Shown here piece by piece: positions 21,311-31,815 of a DNA stretch of 64,000 nucleotides. Below the pieces are notes generated by a model that did not search any database, was not told where the DNA came from, and saw only the letters and a program-made list of their open reading frames with translations. This stretch comes from an uncultured virus (IMG/VR IMGVR_UViG_3300037067_011443) (Duplodnaviria; Heunggongvirae; Uroviricota; Caudoviricetes). The stretch lies in IMG/VR virus record IMGVR_UViG_3300037067_011443. One strand, written 5' to 3'. The position numbers and the translations under genes were made by a program. Position 1 is the stretch's first letter. Every line of letters begins with the position of its first letter.

Positions 21311-21353
21311 AATATCGCCTCCTTTCTTTAATATTTATAAATATTTTATAAAT

Positions 21354-21842
21354 TTAAAATTCGTATGTATTGTCCCATAACTTTTGATACAATGCATCAT
21401 TACCAATTAAAGCTAATTCATCATTAATTGCCATAAATTCAGTTTCTTCTGATTCCTGAATTTTTAAAAATTTTTCTGCTAATAATAAAGTAATCCCATC
21501 ACTAGTATCTTTAGCTTTATCATACACTTCTTGCCAAATTTCAGTTGTTTGATATTCTAAATTTAAAGCACTTCTAAATGCAAATACTAAATCACTATAA
21601 TCTCCAATAACTTCAGGTATTGGACTTAATATTGCATGAGCATTTCTTTTTTGTATGTAATCCCATACTTTTTTAAAATGACTTTGCTCTTCTTCTATTT
21701 GTTTAGCACAAAAATTAGCTGAGTTTTTAAACCCTTTTACACTTAAATGATTATTTAACGTAGCATAAAATAAGCTATTTCTAGTTTCATGAACTGCATT
21801 TCTAATCAATAATGCTAATATTTCATCAGACAATCTACTCAA
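21354..21842 (-). CDS. Ferritin-like protein
   Basis: Ferroxidase-centre pattern HE...Y...EEEQSH...LE...QESEE; TTG start after GGGAGTG gives 162 aa. Confidence 0.85.
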   Translation of the reverse strand: MSRLSDEILALLIRNAVHETRNSLFYATLNNHLSVKGFKNSANFCAKQIEEEQSHFKKVWDYIQKRNAHAILSPIPEVIGDYSDLVFAFRSALNLEYQTTEIWQEVYDKAKDTSDGITLLLAEKFLKIQESEETEFMAINDELALIGNDALYQKLWDNTYEF

Positions 21843-21873
21843 ATTATCACTCCCTTTACTATTCCTATTAATT

Positions 21874-23646
21874 TTAATTTTCAACCTCATATCCCATGTC
21901 TTCTAATTGCTCAATTAATTCTTCAATTTTTTCTTCATCTAAATTCTCAACAAAAGAATATAATTTTGCCTCAGACGTATTACTACCTGACTCTGCACTT
22001 GAAGCTGAACCTTCACTAGTCATATCATCTGGACTTTTAGAAGGTCTTCCATTAGGTTTTTCATCTTTTTTACTCATTTGAAAAGCAGAAAGGGTTGGTT
22101 GTAATCTATCATATATTCCATAAGAATCAATCAAATCCATATTCCCGATAGCAGTATTTACATCTTGATTAAAAAATGATAAATATTGAGGATACAAATT
22201 TTTATTACCTGATGCTAATGCTTTTTCTAATGAAGCAAGCAAATCCTTATCTCCAAATCTATCTCCTTCTACTATTATTGTAAAATCATTTTTGTATTTT
22301 TTATTTTTTACACAAACTCTTAAAAAACAATTAATTTGACTATAAATTTTATCTATAAATCCTGTTTCTAAAATTTGTGTCGTTTTGACCATAGAAATAT
22401 TAGGTTTGTTTGTCGTACTAAGTAATCCAGTTACTGCTGATTGACTATAGAAATTTTGAATACTATCACCAACGATTGAATTTTTTGATGCTACACTATC
22501 AAATGTATGTACATTAAAATTATCAAAAGGAGCAGCAATAAAATCAACACTTTGAGGTAATATTTGTTGAATAATATTTTGATATAATTGTATTAAATCA
22601 GGACTTACCGCAGTATCATTTACATATGACCCTGATTTATTTTCTTTAGTCAAAGGAACAGTTGCTGTCATTATCTGTTTTAAAGGTATTGCCATTAATT
22701 CTTGTTCAAGTAACTTATAAGAATTTAATTCATTTGCATCTAAAAACATAGAAGATAGGGGAGGAATGACTTCAGCAATAGAATCATCTATACTAAAAAT
22801 CCATCCGTATTCAGGAGGTATCTGTTTCCAAAAATACCAATTTTTATCTTCATAATAAGCCATTACATCTGGTGGTAATTCTTTTGATACATCTAATTTT
22901 TTAGTATCTTGATTACAATATCCATAAAATTCTGCTAAATATTCTTTAAATATTGGAGCAAACCAATCAGGACTTACTCCTGGTTGTAAAAAATAAAACA
23001 TATTAAAACTATATTGCCATCCTATATCTGTTCTATGTACAACTTTTACCCAATCTGAAGGCATAGGTTGAAGAAAATTTATATTATCTTCTTCTCTTAA
23101 ATACCAAAATGTTTTTCCTTCAATCATAGATTGTAATACTATATTCCTAAAAGTTCTTTCTATATCTAGACTTTTTTTCCATTTTACTAATTGCTCATAT
23201 TCTTTTTGTAACCCTTTTTTATTATTAACTTTGTCCGTATCAATATAATTCCTATATGTTAATATATCAGGATACATATTATTCATTTTCATTATAGGAG
23301 CAACTGTATTATGGAAATATCGAGATGCTTTTCTTAATCCTAATTCATTAGTTGATAATGCTCTAAGCATTTCTTCTAATTGTTCTCTTGTATATCTTTG
23401 ACCAATAGTTTTTATTTGTTTAAGTCTTTGATTTTGAACATAAGGATTTGTAGCAAAAGCTTTTCCCCAAGCATTAATCCAATCCATATTGCCTTTTAAA
23501 GAATAATTAACTAAACTATCCCATTTCTGAGATACTTCAGAAATAGAAGTATTATTAATTGGTGTTGATATAGCTTCTTGATTTTTATTTTCTATTGCAT
23601 TAACGTTTGTTATTATTTTATTTTTTTTAGTTGCCAATAAATACAC
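21874..23646 (-). CDS. Portal protein
   Basis: Follows terminase; EG..F.Y...LQPMP motif; GRP in the C-terminal tail. Confidence 0.75.
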   Translation of the reverse strand: MYLLATKKNKIITNVNAIENKNQEAISTPINNTSISEVSQKWDSLVNYSLKGNMDWINAWGKAFATNPYVQNQRLKQIKTIGQRYTREQLEEMLRALSTNELGLRKASRYFHNTVAPIMKMNNMYPDILTYRNYIDTDKVNNKKGLQKEYEQLVKWKKSLDIERTFRNIVLQSMIEGKTFWYLREEDNINFLQPMPSDWVKVVHRTDIGWQYSFNMFYFLQPGVSPDWFAPIFKEYLAEFYGYCNQDTKKLDVSKELPPDVMAYYEDKNWYFWKQIPPEYGWIFSIDDSIAEVIPPLSSMFLDANELNSYKLLEQELMAIPLKQIMTATVPLTKENKSGSYVNDTAVSPDLIQLYQNIIQQILPQSVDFIAAPFDNFNVHTFDSVASKNSIVGDSIQNFYSQSAVTGLLSTTNKPNISMVKTTQILETGFIDKIYSQINCFLRVCVKNKKYKNDFTIIVEGDRFGDKDLLASLEKALASGNKNLYPQYLSFFNQDVNTAIGNMDLIDSYGIYDRLQPTLSAFQMSKKDEKPNGRPSKSPDDMTSEGSASSAESGSNTSEAKLYSFVENLDEEKIEELIEQLEDMGYEVEN

Positions 23647-23660
23647 ATCCTTTCTGAAAT

Positions 23661-24098
23661 TTAGTTGTTTTTATTCAATTCAGCTTTTACACTATCTAAA
23701 ATAGTATTTAATCTATTCAAAGCTTCTTGTTTTATATCTTCATAACTTTCTTTTATAAAATTGTTAGATTTAGATTTAATTTGATTCTCATTATTTAATT
23801 CATTCAACTCAGAACAAAGTAAATCTTTTTTAAACCAATCTTTAATTATAAAAGGTAAGTTATCAAAATTCTTAAAATTATTTTCTGATATCTCTTTTAT
23901 GAAAATTTGTTCATCATTAAATATTATCTTCTTTAATTTGTTTGTAATTTGTTTTTTATTTAATTGAGTGTGAAGATAATATTGATTCTTATCAATACAA
24001 AAACTACCCAACTCACAGATTTTATCTATGAGTTGAGATGATTTATTTTTATTATCCTTATTATCTTCAATTAAATCAAATTGTATTAAATATACCAT
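23661..24098 (-). CDS. Hypothetical protein, possible ferredoxin-like (Cas2/VapD-like) fold
   Basis: YLIQFDL...LIDKI..LG pattern. Confidence 0.4.
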   Translation of the reverse strand: MVYLIQFDLIEDNKDNKNKSSQLIDKICELGSFCIDKNQYYLHTQLNKKQITNKLKKIIFNDEQIFIKEISENNFKNFDNLPFIIKDWFKKDLLCSELNELNNENQIKSKSNNFIKESYEDIKQEALNRLNTILDSVKAELNKNN

Positions 24099-24109
24099 TT
24101 AATTTATAC

Positions 24110-26011
24110 CTACCTTCTAAATGGATTTGTACCACCTGTTCCGAATCCTTGGAATCTATTGTTGGAGTTAAATCTAGTTGTGTTGGTTGAATTGCCTGAA
24201 CCTACAGCTATTAATTTAGAGTAGTCAGTTGCATTATTTTTATTTTGTAATTGTGATTCTAACATTCTTACATAATATAAACCGTATAATAAACTATATA
24301 TTCTATCTTTTCTTTTCCCAACCATTTCATTAAGTTTAATAAATCCACCTTTATATTCTTTTTCAAGATTGATAGATTCTGTTATCAATCTTGTACAATT
24401 ACCATATAGTGCCATTAATCTCGCTTGGTCAAAGGATTCTAATTTCATATAATTATGTTGTTCTACTAAATATTCTTTTGCTTTAATTTCACCAACTGGC
24501 AATTTAATTTTTTTCTTTTCAAATTGTGCTTTTGCATATACATACATTTGATGCATAGTTTCAGTAGCACTTCCTCCAGCGACTTTAACTGAATAAATAA
24601 TTGGAAGAGCTTTTTTATCTATTGCTCTAATTTGCATTGATTCATCATTCATACTCATCCAAGCAGGATATTCTACTCCTCTTTCAGCATCAATTATTAT
24701 CCTTGTGCAATCATCATACACACCTAACCCATTACCTGCACAATCCATTACACAATAATCACACTCAAAATCATAAAATAATTGCTTTAATCTTAAAGAT
24801 TGAAGAGAAGTATTTTCACCATTTGCAACTTCCAAATATCCAACAATTTTTACATACTCATTTCCATTTGGCAATAATCTTATAAGAGTAAAAGAAGTAT
24901 TATCATTTTTTTTCCCCATCATAAGAGCAATATCCATAGATAATATTCTAATTTCATTTTCTTTTTTTGCTTGATAAAACTTACTTTTTCTTCTATCTCC
25001 TTTAAATTGTATAAATTCTTCAGTAGTTAATGGCATCATTGGTTTTAAAATTTCTCTACATTTATTCATTTCATCAAATTTAAAATATGCTTTATCAGAT
25101 TCTCCGAAAGGTAAACAGCCCATTTCCATAGAGAATGAAATTTCGTCAAAATCTTCTTCTTCCATTTCATCCATCATACGTTGTCTATCTATAATTCCAT
25201 GTTTAATACCTAATTGATATGGAAATCCACAAGTAAAATATTTTTTACAATTTACCATTGCATCTTTAAATGCTAAAAACTTTTCATATGCCCATTCTGC
25301 TTTTAAACCAATAGAAGATAAATATATTTCCGTATTTGGTTCTTGCATTCCTTTATATTTTTCATATTTTAAATATCCAGGTGCTCTTCTTGATGTTAAA
25401 AATTTACGAAGTACTTTTTTTATAATGTTATCATCAACTAGCCTAAATTCATCTACAACAAGCACATTTGCTCTGGCACTTCTAGCTGAGTCCTTTGCTG
25501 TCACAATTTTTATCCAACTTGAATTATGAAATTTGACAATTGGATTATTTGCTCCTGTTTTTAAATCAGAAATTTCTCTTGCTACATTTGGACAATTATC
25601 ATAAAATCCTTGTATTTTTTCACTAATAATATTTAAACTAGCACTTCTATTTTGTGCAGCAATACATACTTTTGTGCCTGGAAATAATATACACCTAACA
25701 ACACAATAAAGAGCAGTAAGGTGTGATTTACCTAATCCTCTCGATGCCCACCATAGAAAATAATCATTATTAAACATTAAAAATAATAATATTTTTTGAA
25801 ATAATGAAAAAGGAGTTATTTGTAAATATTCAGATACAAATCTATGTGGATTTGACCTCCAATATGCAATCCATTTTTTAAATCCATTTAGAAATTTTTC
25901 TTGTTTCATCATTAAATCTGTCTGTTTATTATTATTTTTACGTTGTTCAAAAACATTATCTTTAACACTATTTTTCTTTTCAGAAGATTCAAAATTTGCA
26001 TGTGAAGTCAT
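24110..26011 (-). CDS. Terminase large subunit
   Basis: Walker A SRGLGKS, Walker B VVDE, nuclease motifs MDIA...DNT and KDR. Confidence 0.9.
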   Translation of the reverse strand: MTSHANFESSEKKNSVKDNVFEQRKNNNKQTDLMMKQEKFLNGFKKWIAYWRSNPHRFVSEYLQITPFSLFQKILLFLMFNNDYFLWWASRGLGKSHLTALYCVVRCILFPGTKVCIAAQNRSASLNIISEKIQGFYDNCPNVAREISDLKTGANNPIVKFHNSSWIKIVTAKDSARSARANVLVVDEFRLVDDNIIKKVLRKFLTSRRAPGYLKYEKYKGMQEPNTEIYLSSIGLKAEWAYEKFLAFKDAMVNCKKYFTCGFPYQLGIKHGIIDRQRMMDEMEEEDFDEISFSMEMGCLPFGESDKAYFKFDEMNKCREILKPMMPLTTEEFIQFKGDRRKSKFYQAKKENEIRILSMDIALMMGKKNDNTSFTLIRLLPNGNEYVKIVGYLEVANGENTSLQSLRLKQLFYDFECDYCVMDCAGNGLGVYDDCTRIIIDAERGVEYPAWMSMNDESMQIRAIDKKALPIIYSVKVAGGSATETMHQMYVYAKAQFEKKKIKLPVGEIKAKEYLVEQHNYMKLESFDQARLMALYGNCTRLITESINLEKEYKGGFIKLNEMVGKRKDRIYSLLYGLYYVRMLESQLQNKNNATDYSKLIAVGSGNSTNTTRFNSNNRFQGFGTGGTNPFRR

Positions 26012-26982
26012 TAATCATCACCATCTTCTTCTTCTTCTGATTCATCATTTTCGTTATATTCAAAATCATCTTCAGATTCATCAAAATTAATAGTATGAGT
26101 TAATAGTTCTTCATCATACTCTTGACTATACTCATTATCTAATCCAAGTATTTTACACATATGACCCAAAAACCAAACTCTAATATATTTTTTAAAGCCA
26201 TCAACATCTTTTAACTCTTCATCTGGTTCGGGAAATGGTTCTTCATTTTCAAATTTTTTTATCCATGTACCAAGAGTATTAAATTCTGCACTCATAGCTG
26301 CTGATTCTTGAATAGGCTTTAACGCACTATTTCCCATTAAATCACCTAAAGTTTTTAATTCTTTGTCTACTGGCTGACCAGACTCTTGTTTTTTATTAAT
26401 TGTTAATTGTTGATGACAAATATATTTAATATTAACTTCCATAGCTTTACTTGATACATCATATCTTCTACACCAATCTATATATTCATTTTCTAAAAAT
26501 TGAATATCTTGAGATAATAAATTACCCCATTTAAGAATTAAATCAGTAGTTGTTTCTATATCATTATTTATATTATTAATTTTAAAAACTTTATTTTGAT
26601 TTATACTATCAAAATCTTCTGAATCATCAAAATCTGTTCCATAATTGTTTTTTTCTGAAAAAGAATTAATTTGTTTTAAGTATGCTTGCTGAATAGACCA
26701 ACCTTTAATACTTGATTCCTTTACAGCACCATCATAAACACTATTTTTAAATGGAATATCTAATTTTCTACATAATAAATAAATCGCTTTTTTATAATCA
26801 CTATGTAGTTTAACTAATTCATTATAAATTTCTTCTATACATTTTTTACAAAAAGGTATCTTTCCATAAAATTTATATAAATTACTTTTTCCAACATAGA
26901 AGTCACTACTACTTCCACAACGGGTGCAATATAATATTTTATCCACACCTGTTTTAATTTGATTATTTTTTGTACCCGTAAT
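26011..26982 (-). CDS. Zn-finger protein, probable terminase small subunit (YonG-like)
   Basis: CxxC...CKKC; coupled to terminase; RBS AGGAG suggests an ATT start at 26982. Confidence 0.55.
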   Translation of the reverse strand: MTGTKNNQIKTGVDKILYCTRCGSSSDFYVGKSNLYKFYGKIPFCKKCIEEIYNELVKLHSDYKKAIYLLCRKLDIPFKNSVYDGAVKESSIKGWSIQQAYLKQINSFSEKNNYGTDFDDSEDFDSINQNKVFKINNINNDIETTTDLILKWGNLLSQDIQFLENEYIDWCRRYDVSSKAMEVNIKYICHQQLTINKKQESGQPVDKELKTLGDLMGNSALKPIQESAAMSAEFNTLGTWIKKFENEEPFPEPDEELKDVDGFKKYIRVWFLGHMCKILGLDNEYSQEYDEELLTHTINFDESEDDFEYNENDESEEEEDGDD

Positions 26983-26995
26983 ATTTCACTCCTTT

Positions 26996-27163
26996 TTACT
27001 TAGTTTTAAGTTCGAAACCATTGTCAGTTTTTATAAATTTGAAAACATTTTGACATTCTGAACAATATCCATAATAAAATGGGGGATAGGTCATACACTT
27101 TTTATTTATATCAATTTTCACAGTTCCATTTTCAAAAGTATGCTTACATTTTGTTTTATCCAT
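26996..27163 (-). CDS. 55-aa Zn-ribbon small protein (not in ORF track)
   Basis: MDKTKCKH...GYCSEC. Confidence 0.5.
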   Translation of the reverse strand: MDKTKCKHTFENGTVKIDINKKCMTYPPFYYGYCSECQNVFKFIKTDNGFELKTK

Positions 27164-27290
27164 ATTCCATTCACCCTAACCTTTCACAACTTAATAATAT
27201 TCACACAAAAATAAAAATAGAGAAGTGAGGTTCGTGAAGAAAGGGAGCTACCCTTAGATTCCTCAAAACTTTTATATTATAATTGTTAAA

Positions 27291-27605
27291 TTATATTTTC
27301 ATTTTATTGTATACTCTAACTAAACCATTATCCATTTCACAATATGTATTTGTAATTGTATTTTGATTTATAAAATCTATTAAACTATTATCAATATTTA
27401 TCCATTCTAAATTTTCTCTAAGACTGTAAAATTGATTCCTTACACTTCTTTCAGTATTCATATCTCCCCTTATATATCCAAGCAAAGATAAAATAGAGGA
27501 GTTACCTGTATTAAGTTGTTTTAATCTTTTCATAGGAGGATTCTTAGTAAATCCTATTTTGCATTTATTATCATTTTTAGAATATATAAAATACACGTAA
27601 CCCAA
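27291..27605 (-). CDS. GIY-YIG (T5orf172/MUG113-like) domain protein
   Basis: GYVYFI...KIGFT...RLKQL.TG...E...EW. Confidence 0.8.
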   Translation of the reverse strand: MGYVYFIYSKNDNKCKIGFTKNPPMKRLKQLNTGNSSILSLLGYIRGDMNTERSVRNQFYSLRENLEWINIDNSLIDFINQNTITNTYCEMDNGLVRVYNKMKI

Positions 27606-27807
27606 ATTTTCATCTCCTTAGTTAAAATAGGTAAGGGAAGAGTGCAATTAAAAATATGATAAAATTGCACATTCATGTTGTTATGCCTACGTAGTGCTTG
27701 CTTGCAACGTAACTTCTACTGCTATCAGCGAAGCAAAATTGTACACATAAGTAAAGCCCTATCTAGAAAGATAGAGCCTTCATTTACATTTACAATTATT
27801 TTATTGT

Positions 27808-28389
27808 TTAATCTTCATCAGGGAATAAATGGTCTACAATATTACATACAAAATCTTTTAATATTTCCTCAATACAATTAGGGCAACCTAAAGTTTTAAG
27901 AATCATATTTTTATATCTCTCAACTGTACAATCTAAACAATCACACTCAAATTCTTCGTCATCATCTTCACAACCACAACAACTATCACAATCATCGTAT
28001 AATTCATCTAAATCATATTCATTATACTCCAGAAGAACGATTGAATTAGAATTTCCATATGCTGATATTACTTCATTAATATCCTCAATGGTATCTTCTA
28101 CTATAAAAATACTACTAGATTCATTAGATAATAATTTTCCATTATACTCACCATAATCACTTCTAGCAGGATTTATAAATAAAGTATCAAAGCACTTATT
28201 AACATAATACTCTTCAATATTATTGTCTAACTTTATACTGGTTTCTTTAAAATCATCTTCATCAATTAATTCTAATATTAAAGAAGCTAACTCATAATCA
28301 CAAAATATAGAAACTTCATTTTTTAACTCTAGTAAATCCAAAACTTCATCAACTAACTCCGAATATTTATCCAACTTTATTGTTTTCAT
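27808..28389 (-). CDS. Acidic hypothetical protein with Cys-rich C-terminus
   Basis: ORF with RBS; CxC-xx-C and CPNC motifs. Confidence 0.55.
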   Translation of the reverse strand: MKTIKLDKYSELVDEVLDLLELKNEVSIFCDYELASLILELIDEDDFKETSIKLDNNIEEYYVNKCFDTLFINPARSDYGEYNGKLLSNESSSIFIVEDTIEDINEVISAYGNSNSIVLLEYNEYDLDELYDDCDSCCGCEDDDEEFECDCLDCTVERYKNMILKTLGCPNCIEEILKDFVCNIVDHLFPDED

Positions 28390-28409
28390 TTAATTCTCCT
28401 TAAATTTAA

Positions 28410-28691
28410 TTATATTTTAAATCCAATTTTATTTTTACAATCCTCTAAATCATCATCTTCATAAATTTCTTCAGGTTGTTCATATTGAAAACCAACAACA
28501 TTAGTGGCTGATTCTTCTATACTTGGATATTTTAATTCATACTTCTTAACCATTGACTCTGCTCTAATTTTACTAGAAGTAGCTATCTCTGACATTTTAT
28601 ATGTATAAATTTCTAAGAGAGTATCAAATATAGGTAAGAGATAGGTATTTATAATTATTCCAATCAATATTCCGATAAACAAGTATTGCAT
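28410..28691 (-). CDS. Small membrane-anchored hypothetical protein
   Basis: N-terminal TM helix; IGF C-terminus. Confidence 0.5.
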   Translation of the reverse strand: MQYLFIGILIGIIINTYLLPIFDTLLEIYTYKMSEIATSSKIRAESMVKKYELKYPSIEESATNVVGFQYEQPEEIYEDDDLEDCKNKIGFKI

Positions 28692-28763
28692 AAGGTTACA
28701 CTATTAACCTTTCAATTTTATTTTTTAACATAAAATTTGAGATTTATCATATAATTTATTTTA

Positions 28764-30011
28764 TTAATCTAAAACAATTTTTCTAGTATATGTAATTCCT
28801 TTTCCTTCTTCAATAACTATATAAGTCTGAGAAGGTTTATTATCTGATTGTAATCTTTGTACAGATAAATGATTAGAGCCAACAATATTACCATTAACTA
28901 TAATACTTCCTGCTGTACTCATTACATCAAGTGTCATAGGTACATGAAAATGACCACACAACATACCATATAACTGTATCCCTTTACTTGCATACATATA
29001 TGAATATTTATAAAAAGCATTTTCAAGAGACTGCTTATTCATACCATCACCATGTATAATTAAGAAGTGGTATCCTAAAATATTAATTACTTCCATAAAC
29101 GTATCACTATATTGATAATTAATATTTTTAACATCTTTATCACTATTTAAAAGTAATTGGGTTCTGTCATAAGCAAGTGTATCAAAGTTGGCTTGAGCAT
29201 GATTATCTTGACCACTACGACCATGATTACCACAAACAGCCATAGTATTTATAGTTTTTAGTCCTCCTGCTTGTAATCCTTTTAAAAACCAAGCATTAGA
29301 TTCTGAAACTGAAAATATTTGTTTTACAAAATGAGATTCTAAGTAAAATTTTTGACTTTTGTAAATGTTTCCATCACCCTCAACACTATCACCTAAGAAT
29401 GGTACAAAAGCTTCATCAATACCTAAATCAATAGCATCATTAATAATTTCATTCATATATAGTTGTTGTCTATTCTTAAATATTTCTAAATTGTATTTAT
29501 TAAATCCTGCTGCATCCTCAAGTCTAACCATTTCACCAACTTGTCCGTCTGAGTGAAGTGGTACAATAACTTTTCTTCTTTTTGAAGGTTTAATAAAAAT
29601 ATATGGAGTTTGTGTTGGAAGTGGAGAAGTAACTTCTCTTAAAACTTCACACATAGCTTCAGTTCTACTTAATGGTCTTTTATTTTTATTTAAATATGTA
29701 AGTTCATCTCTTCTTTGTTGTTTCATAAAATCTAATTGTATTTTTTGTTCTAATAATTCTTTGTTTTTTTGGTCAAGTATTTCTGATTTTACAGTTTCTA
29801 CTTTTGGTAAAATATTTTCTTTAGATTGTCTTTTCTTTACATATCCTCGAAAAGATTCACCATTTGCAAATACTTTTCCATTATTATCATTAAGAGAATC
29901 CCATGATTCATTTTTAAATCTTTTTATATCTTCATCTGTTAATTCTGATTTAATTTTCTTATTATAATTTTTAAAATCTAATCCAAGCTGATAAAGTATT
30001 TCTTTATCCAT
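28764..30011 (-). CDS. Calcineurin-like metallophosphoesterase (YonJ-like)
   Basis: SD, LGD, GNHGR, HGD and GHFH motifs. Confidence 0.85.
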   Translation of the reverse strand: MDKEILYQLGLDFKNYNKKIKSELTDEDIKRFKNESWDSLNDNNGKVFANGESFRGYVKKRQSKENILPKVETVKSEILDQKNKELLEQKIQLDFMKQQRRDELTYLNKNKRPLSRTEAMCEVLREVTSPLPTQTPYIFIKPSKRRKVIVPLHSDGQVGEMVRLEDAAGFNKYNLEIFKNRQQLYMNEIINDAIDLGIDEAFVPFLGDSVEGDGNIYKSQKFYLESHFVKQIFSVSESNAWFLKGLQAGGLKTINTMAVCGNHGRSGQDNHAQANFDTLAYDRTQLLLNSDKDVKNINYQYSDTFMEVINILGYHFLIIHGDGMNKQSLENAFYKYSYMYASKGIQLYGMLCGHFHVPMTLDVMSTAGSIIVNGNIVGSNHLSVQRLQSDNKPSQTYIVIEEGKGITYTRKIVLD

Positions 30012-30170
30012 TATATCCTCGCTTTATTTTAATAATAAATTTGTCCCTTATCGACTAAGGTGGAGTAGGAAATAGGAATGACTACCTAAATCCGAACATA
30101 ATAAAAGACACGTTTAAGGTACGTGTCAAACCTTTTGTATCATCTCTTTTAAGGTAAGTTAACCTTTATA

Positions 30171-30575
30171 TTAAATTTGCTCAATTTTAATTTTCTTTTT
30201 CTCTGGTCTATTTAATTTCAATGTAATAAAAGTAAGACCATTTTTACTTGTAACTTGAATTTTTTCAATTTCACTCATTATGCTTTCAACAATAGGCAAT
30301 TCAAAAGAAGTATCATAATTAAAACCTTCAATTTCACTTGCACCGCTTACTTTAATACCATAATCAGTTTCTTCAACTTTTACATCCTCTGGATTTATTC
30401 CAAGAGTTTTTACAGTACAAAGATATGTATTGTCATCTTTCTTTATCCATCGACTAGGTAACATATCCTTGACGTTTGAATTAAATATTAATCTTCTTGG
30501 TTTCCCAAAACCTAAAAATACGTCATTAAAAATTTCATCAAAATCCTTTTGTACTTGATTAAAAAATTCTGTCAT
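30171..30575 (-). CDS. Hsp20/alpha-crystallin family protein
   Basis: G..PEDVKVE...V.G...F.LP...KNGL..I.L pattern. Confidence 0.75.
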   Translation of the reverse strand: MTEFFNQVQKDFDEIFNDVFLGFGKPRRLIFNSNVKDMLPSRWIKKDDNTYLCTVKTLGINPEDVKVEETDYGIKVSGASEIEGFNYDTSFELPIVESIMSEIEKIQVTSKNGLTFITLKLNRPEKKKIKIEQI

Positions 30576-30640
30576 AAAAATACCTCCTAAAATTTAAAAA
30601 TTATATTAATATTATATGTTTATAGGTACATGTTAACCTA

Positions 30641-30717
30641 TGGTTGCGAAATGATGGAGTTGAACCATCTATTTTTTGGTTATGAGCCAAATGAGATAAC
30701 CGTTTCTCTAATCCGCA
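30641..30717 (-). tRNA. tRNA with CAT anticodon (Met/fMet-like), CCA encoded
   Basis: Cloverleaf: acceptor TGCGGAT/TTTCGCA, anticodon arm TTTGG-CTCATAA-CCAAA, T arm GATGG-TTCAACT-CCATC, ACCA end. Confidence 0.85.
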
Positions 30718-30844
30718 ATATGTAAAGCACTTTAACGTTAGTGCTATACGGTGTATACTATGACCGACACACTTGGTCTAATTAATTTCAACATGGTACA
30801 CATTTTTAATAGGTGTGTGTTGAAATGTACTCTTAAATCTATAA

Positions 30845-31156
30845 TTACTTATCAGAAATTTCTAACTTTTCATTACAATCCAAACATTGAAGATTTATAT
30901 TATCATCAGATGACTTTACAATTTTTCCACACTTAGAACATACAAATTTATATGTAGGCTTTCTGTCAGAAGATTTTCTATCTTTCTTCTGAACTAATTT
31001 AAACTCTAAATTATCCATATCTACAAAATTTTTAAGTTCATCATTTAGATTAATTGTTACATTAGCTTCTTTCTTTGTATTACCAATAATAGTAAACATA
31101 CCATTATTTTCAGTAATAGTAGCTTCTGTTAGTGATATTTTATTTGCTTTTGACAT
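30845..31156 (-). CDS. YonK-like protein with C-terminal Zn ribbon
   Basis: Resembles SPbeta YonK and matches its synteny; CxxC...CxxC. Confidence 0.5.
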   Translation of the reverse strand: MSKANKISLTEATITENNGMFTIIGNTKKEANVTINLNDELKNFVDMDNLEFKLVQKKDRKSSDRKPTYKFVCSKCGKIVKSSDDNINLQCLDCNEKLEISDK

Positions 31157-31205
31157 TTATTTAATTACTCCTTTACTTTAAAATAACTTAAAATTATCAT
31201 TTGGT

Positions 31206-31529
31206 TCACTTGTTTTTATTATTAATTGTAGCTTCAGTAGCTTTATTCTTTATTTTAATAGAACCATCTGCTAATCCATTTGCAGTAAGTGATATTAAAA
31301 TACTAGATATTAAATATAAAACTATGTCAAATCCTTTAAAAGTACTAGCTTGTATATTCATAAGAATTTGTAAAGTAAATGCTACAATTATACTAACTAA
31401 TCTAGTAGGTACATTTTTTATTTTCGGCAATTCTTTTATAATTTGCACAATTGAAAAAACTATTATAACGAATGAAACATAATTTGACAACATATCCCAA
31501 CTTACAAAACCATTAATATCCATATACAT
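31206..31529 (-). CDS. Putative holin
   Basis: 3 TM helices; VQIIKELP...PTR...ANG pattern. Confidence 0.6.
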   Translation of the reverse strand: MYMDINGFVSWDMLSNYVSFVIIVFSIVQIIKELPKIKNVPTRLVSIIVAFTLQILMNIQASTFKGFDIVLYLISSILISLTANGLADGSIKIKNKATEATINNKNK

Positions 31530-31815
31530 CCTTCTTTCTTTTTAATACAATTGTTTATATTTACTTAATACTATTTTTTAATGTCTTACCAACCTTAACT
31601 GAAATTTTCTTGCTTGCCTTAATTGTCATTGGCTCATTTGTAGCAGAATTACGTCCCTGTCTCTCGGCAGTATCCTTGACGTGAACCTCACACCACTGAA
31701 GTGGCGTGCTTCTATTATCACTAATAGATTTTCCTGCATCATCGTCCTCGTTACCTACTAACTCTACAGGCGTTAATTTTCGGATAGTTCCTACCCTAAT
31801 TTTATATTTGATTCA

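Noticed and set aside
30808..30828. Self-target of the mini-element guide (AATAGGTGTGTGTTGAAAT)
   Set aside because: Only about 10/15 matches, with seed mismatches and no ATAGA TAM.
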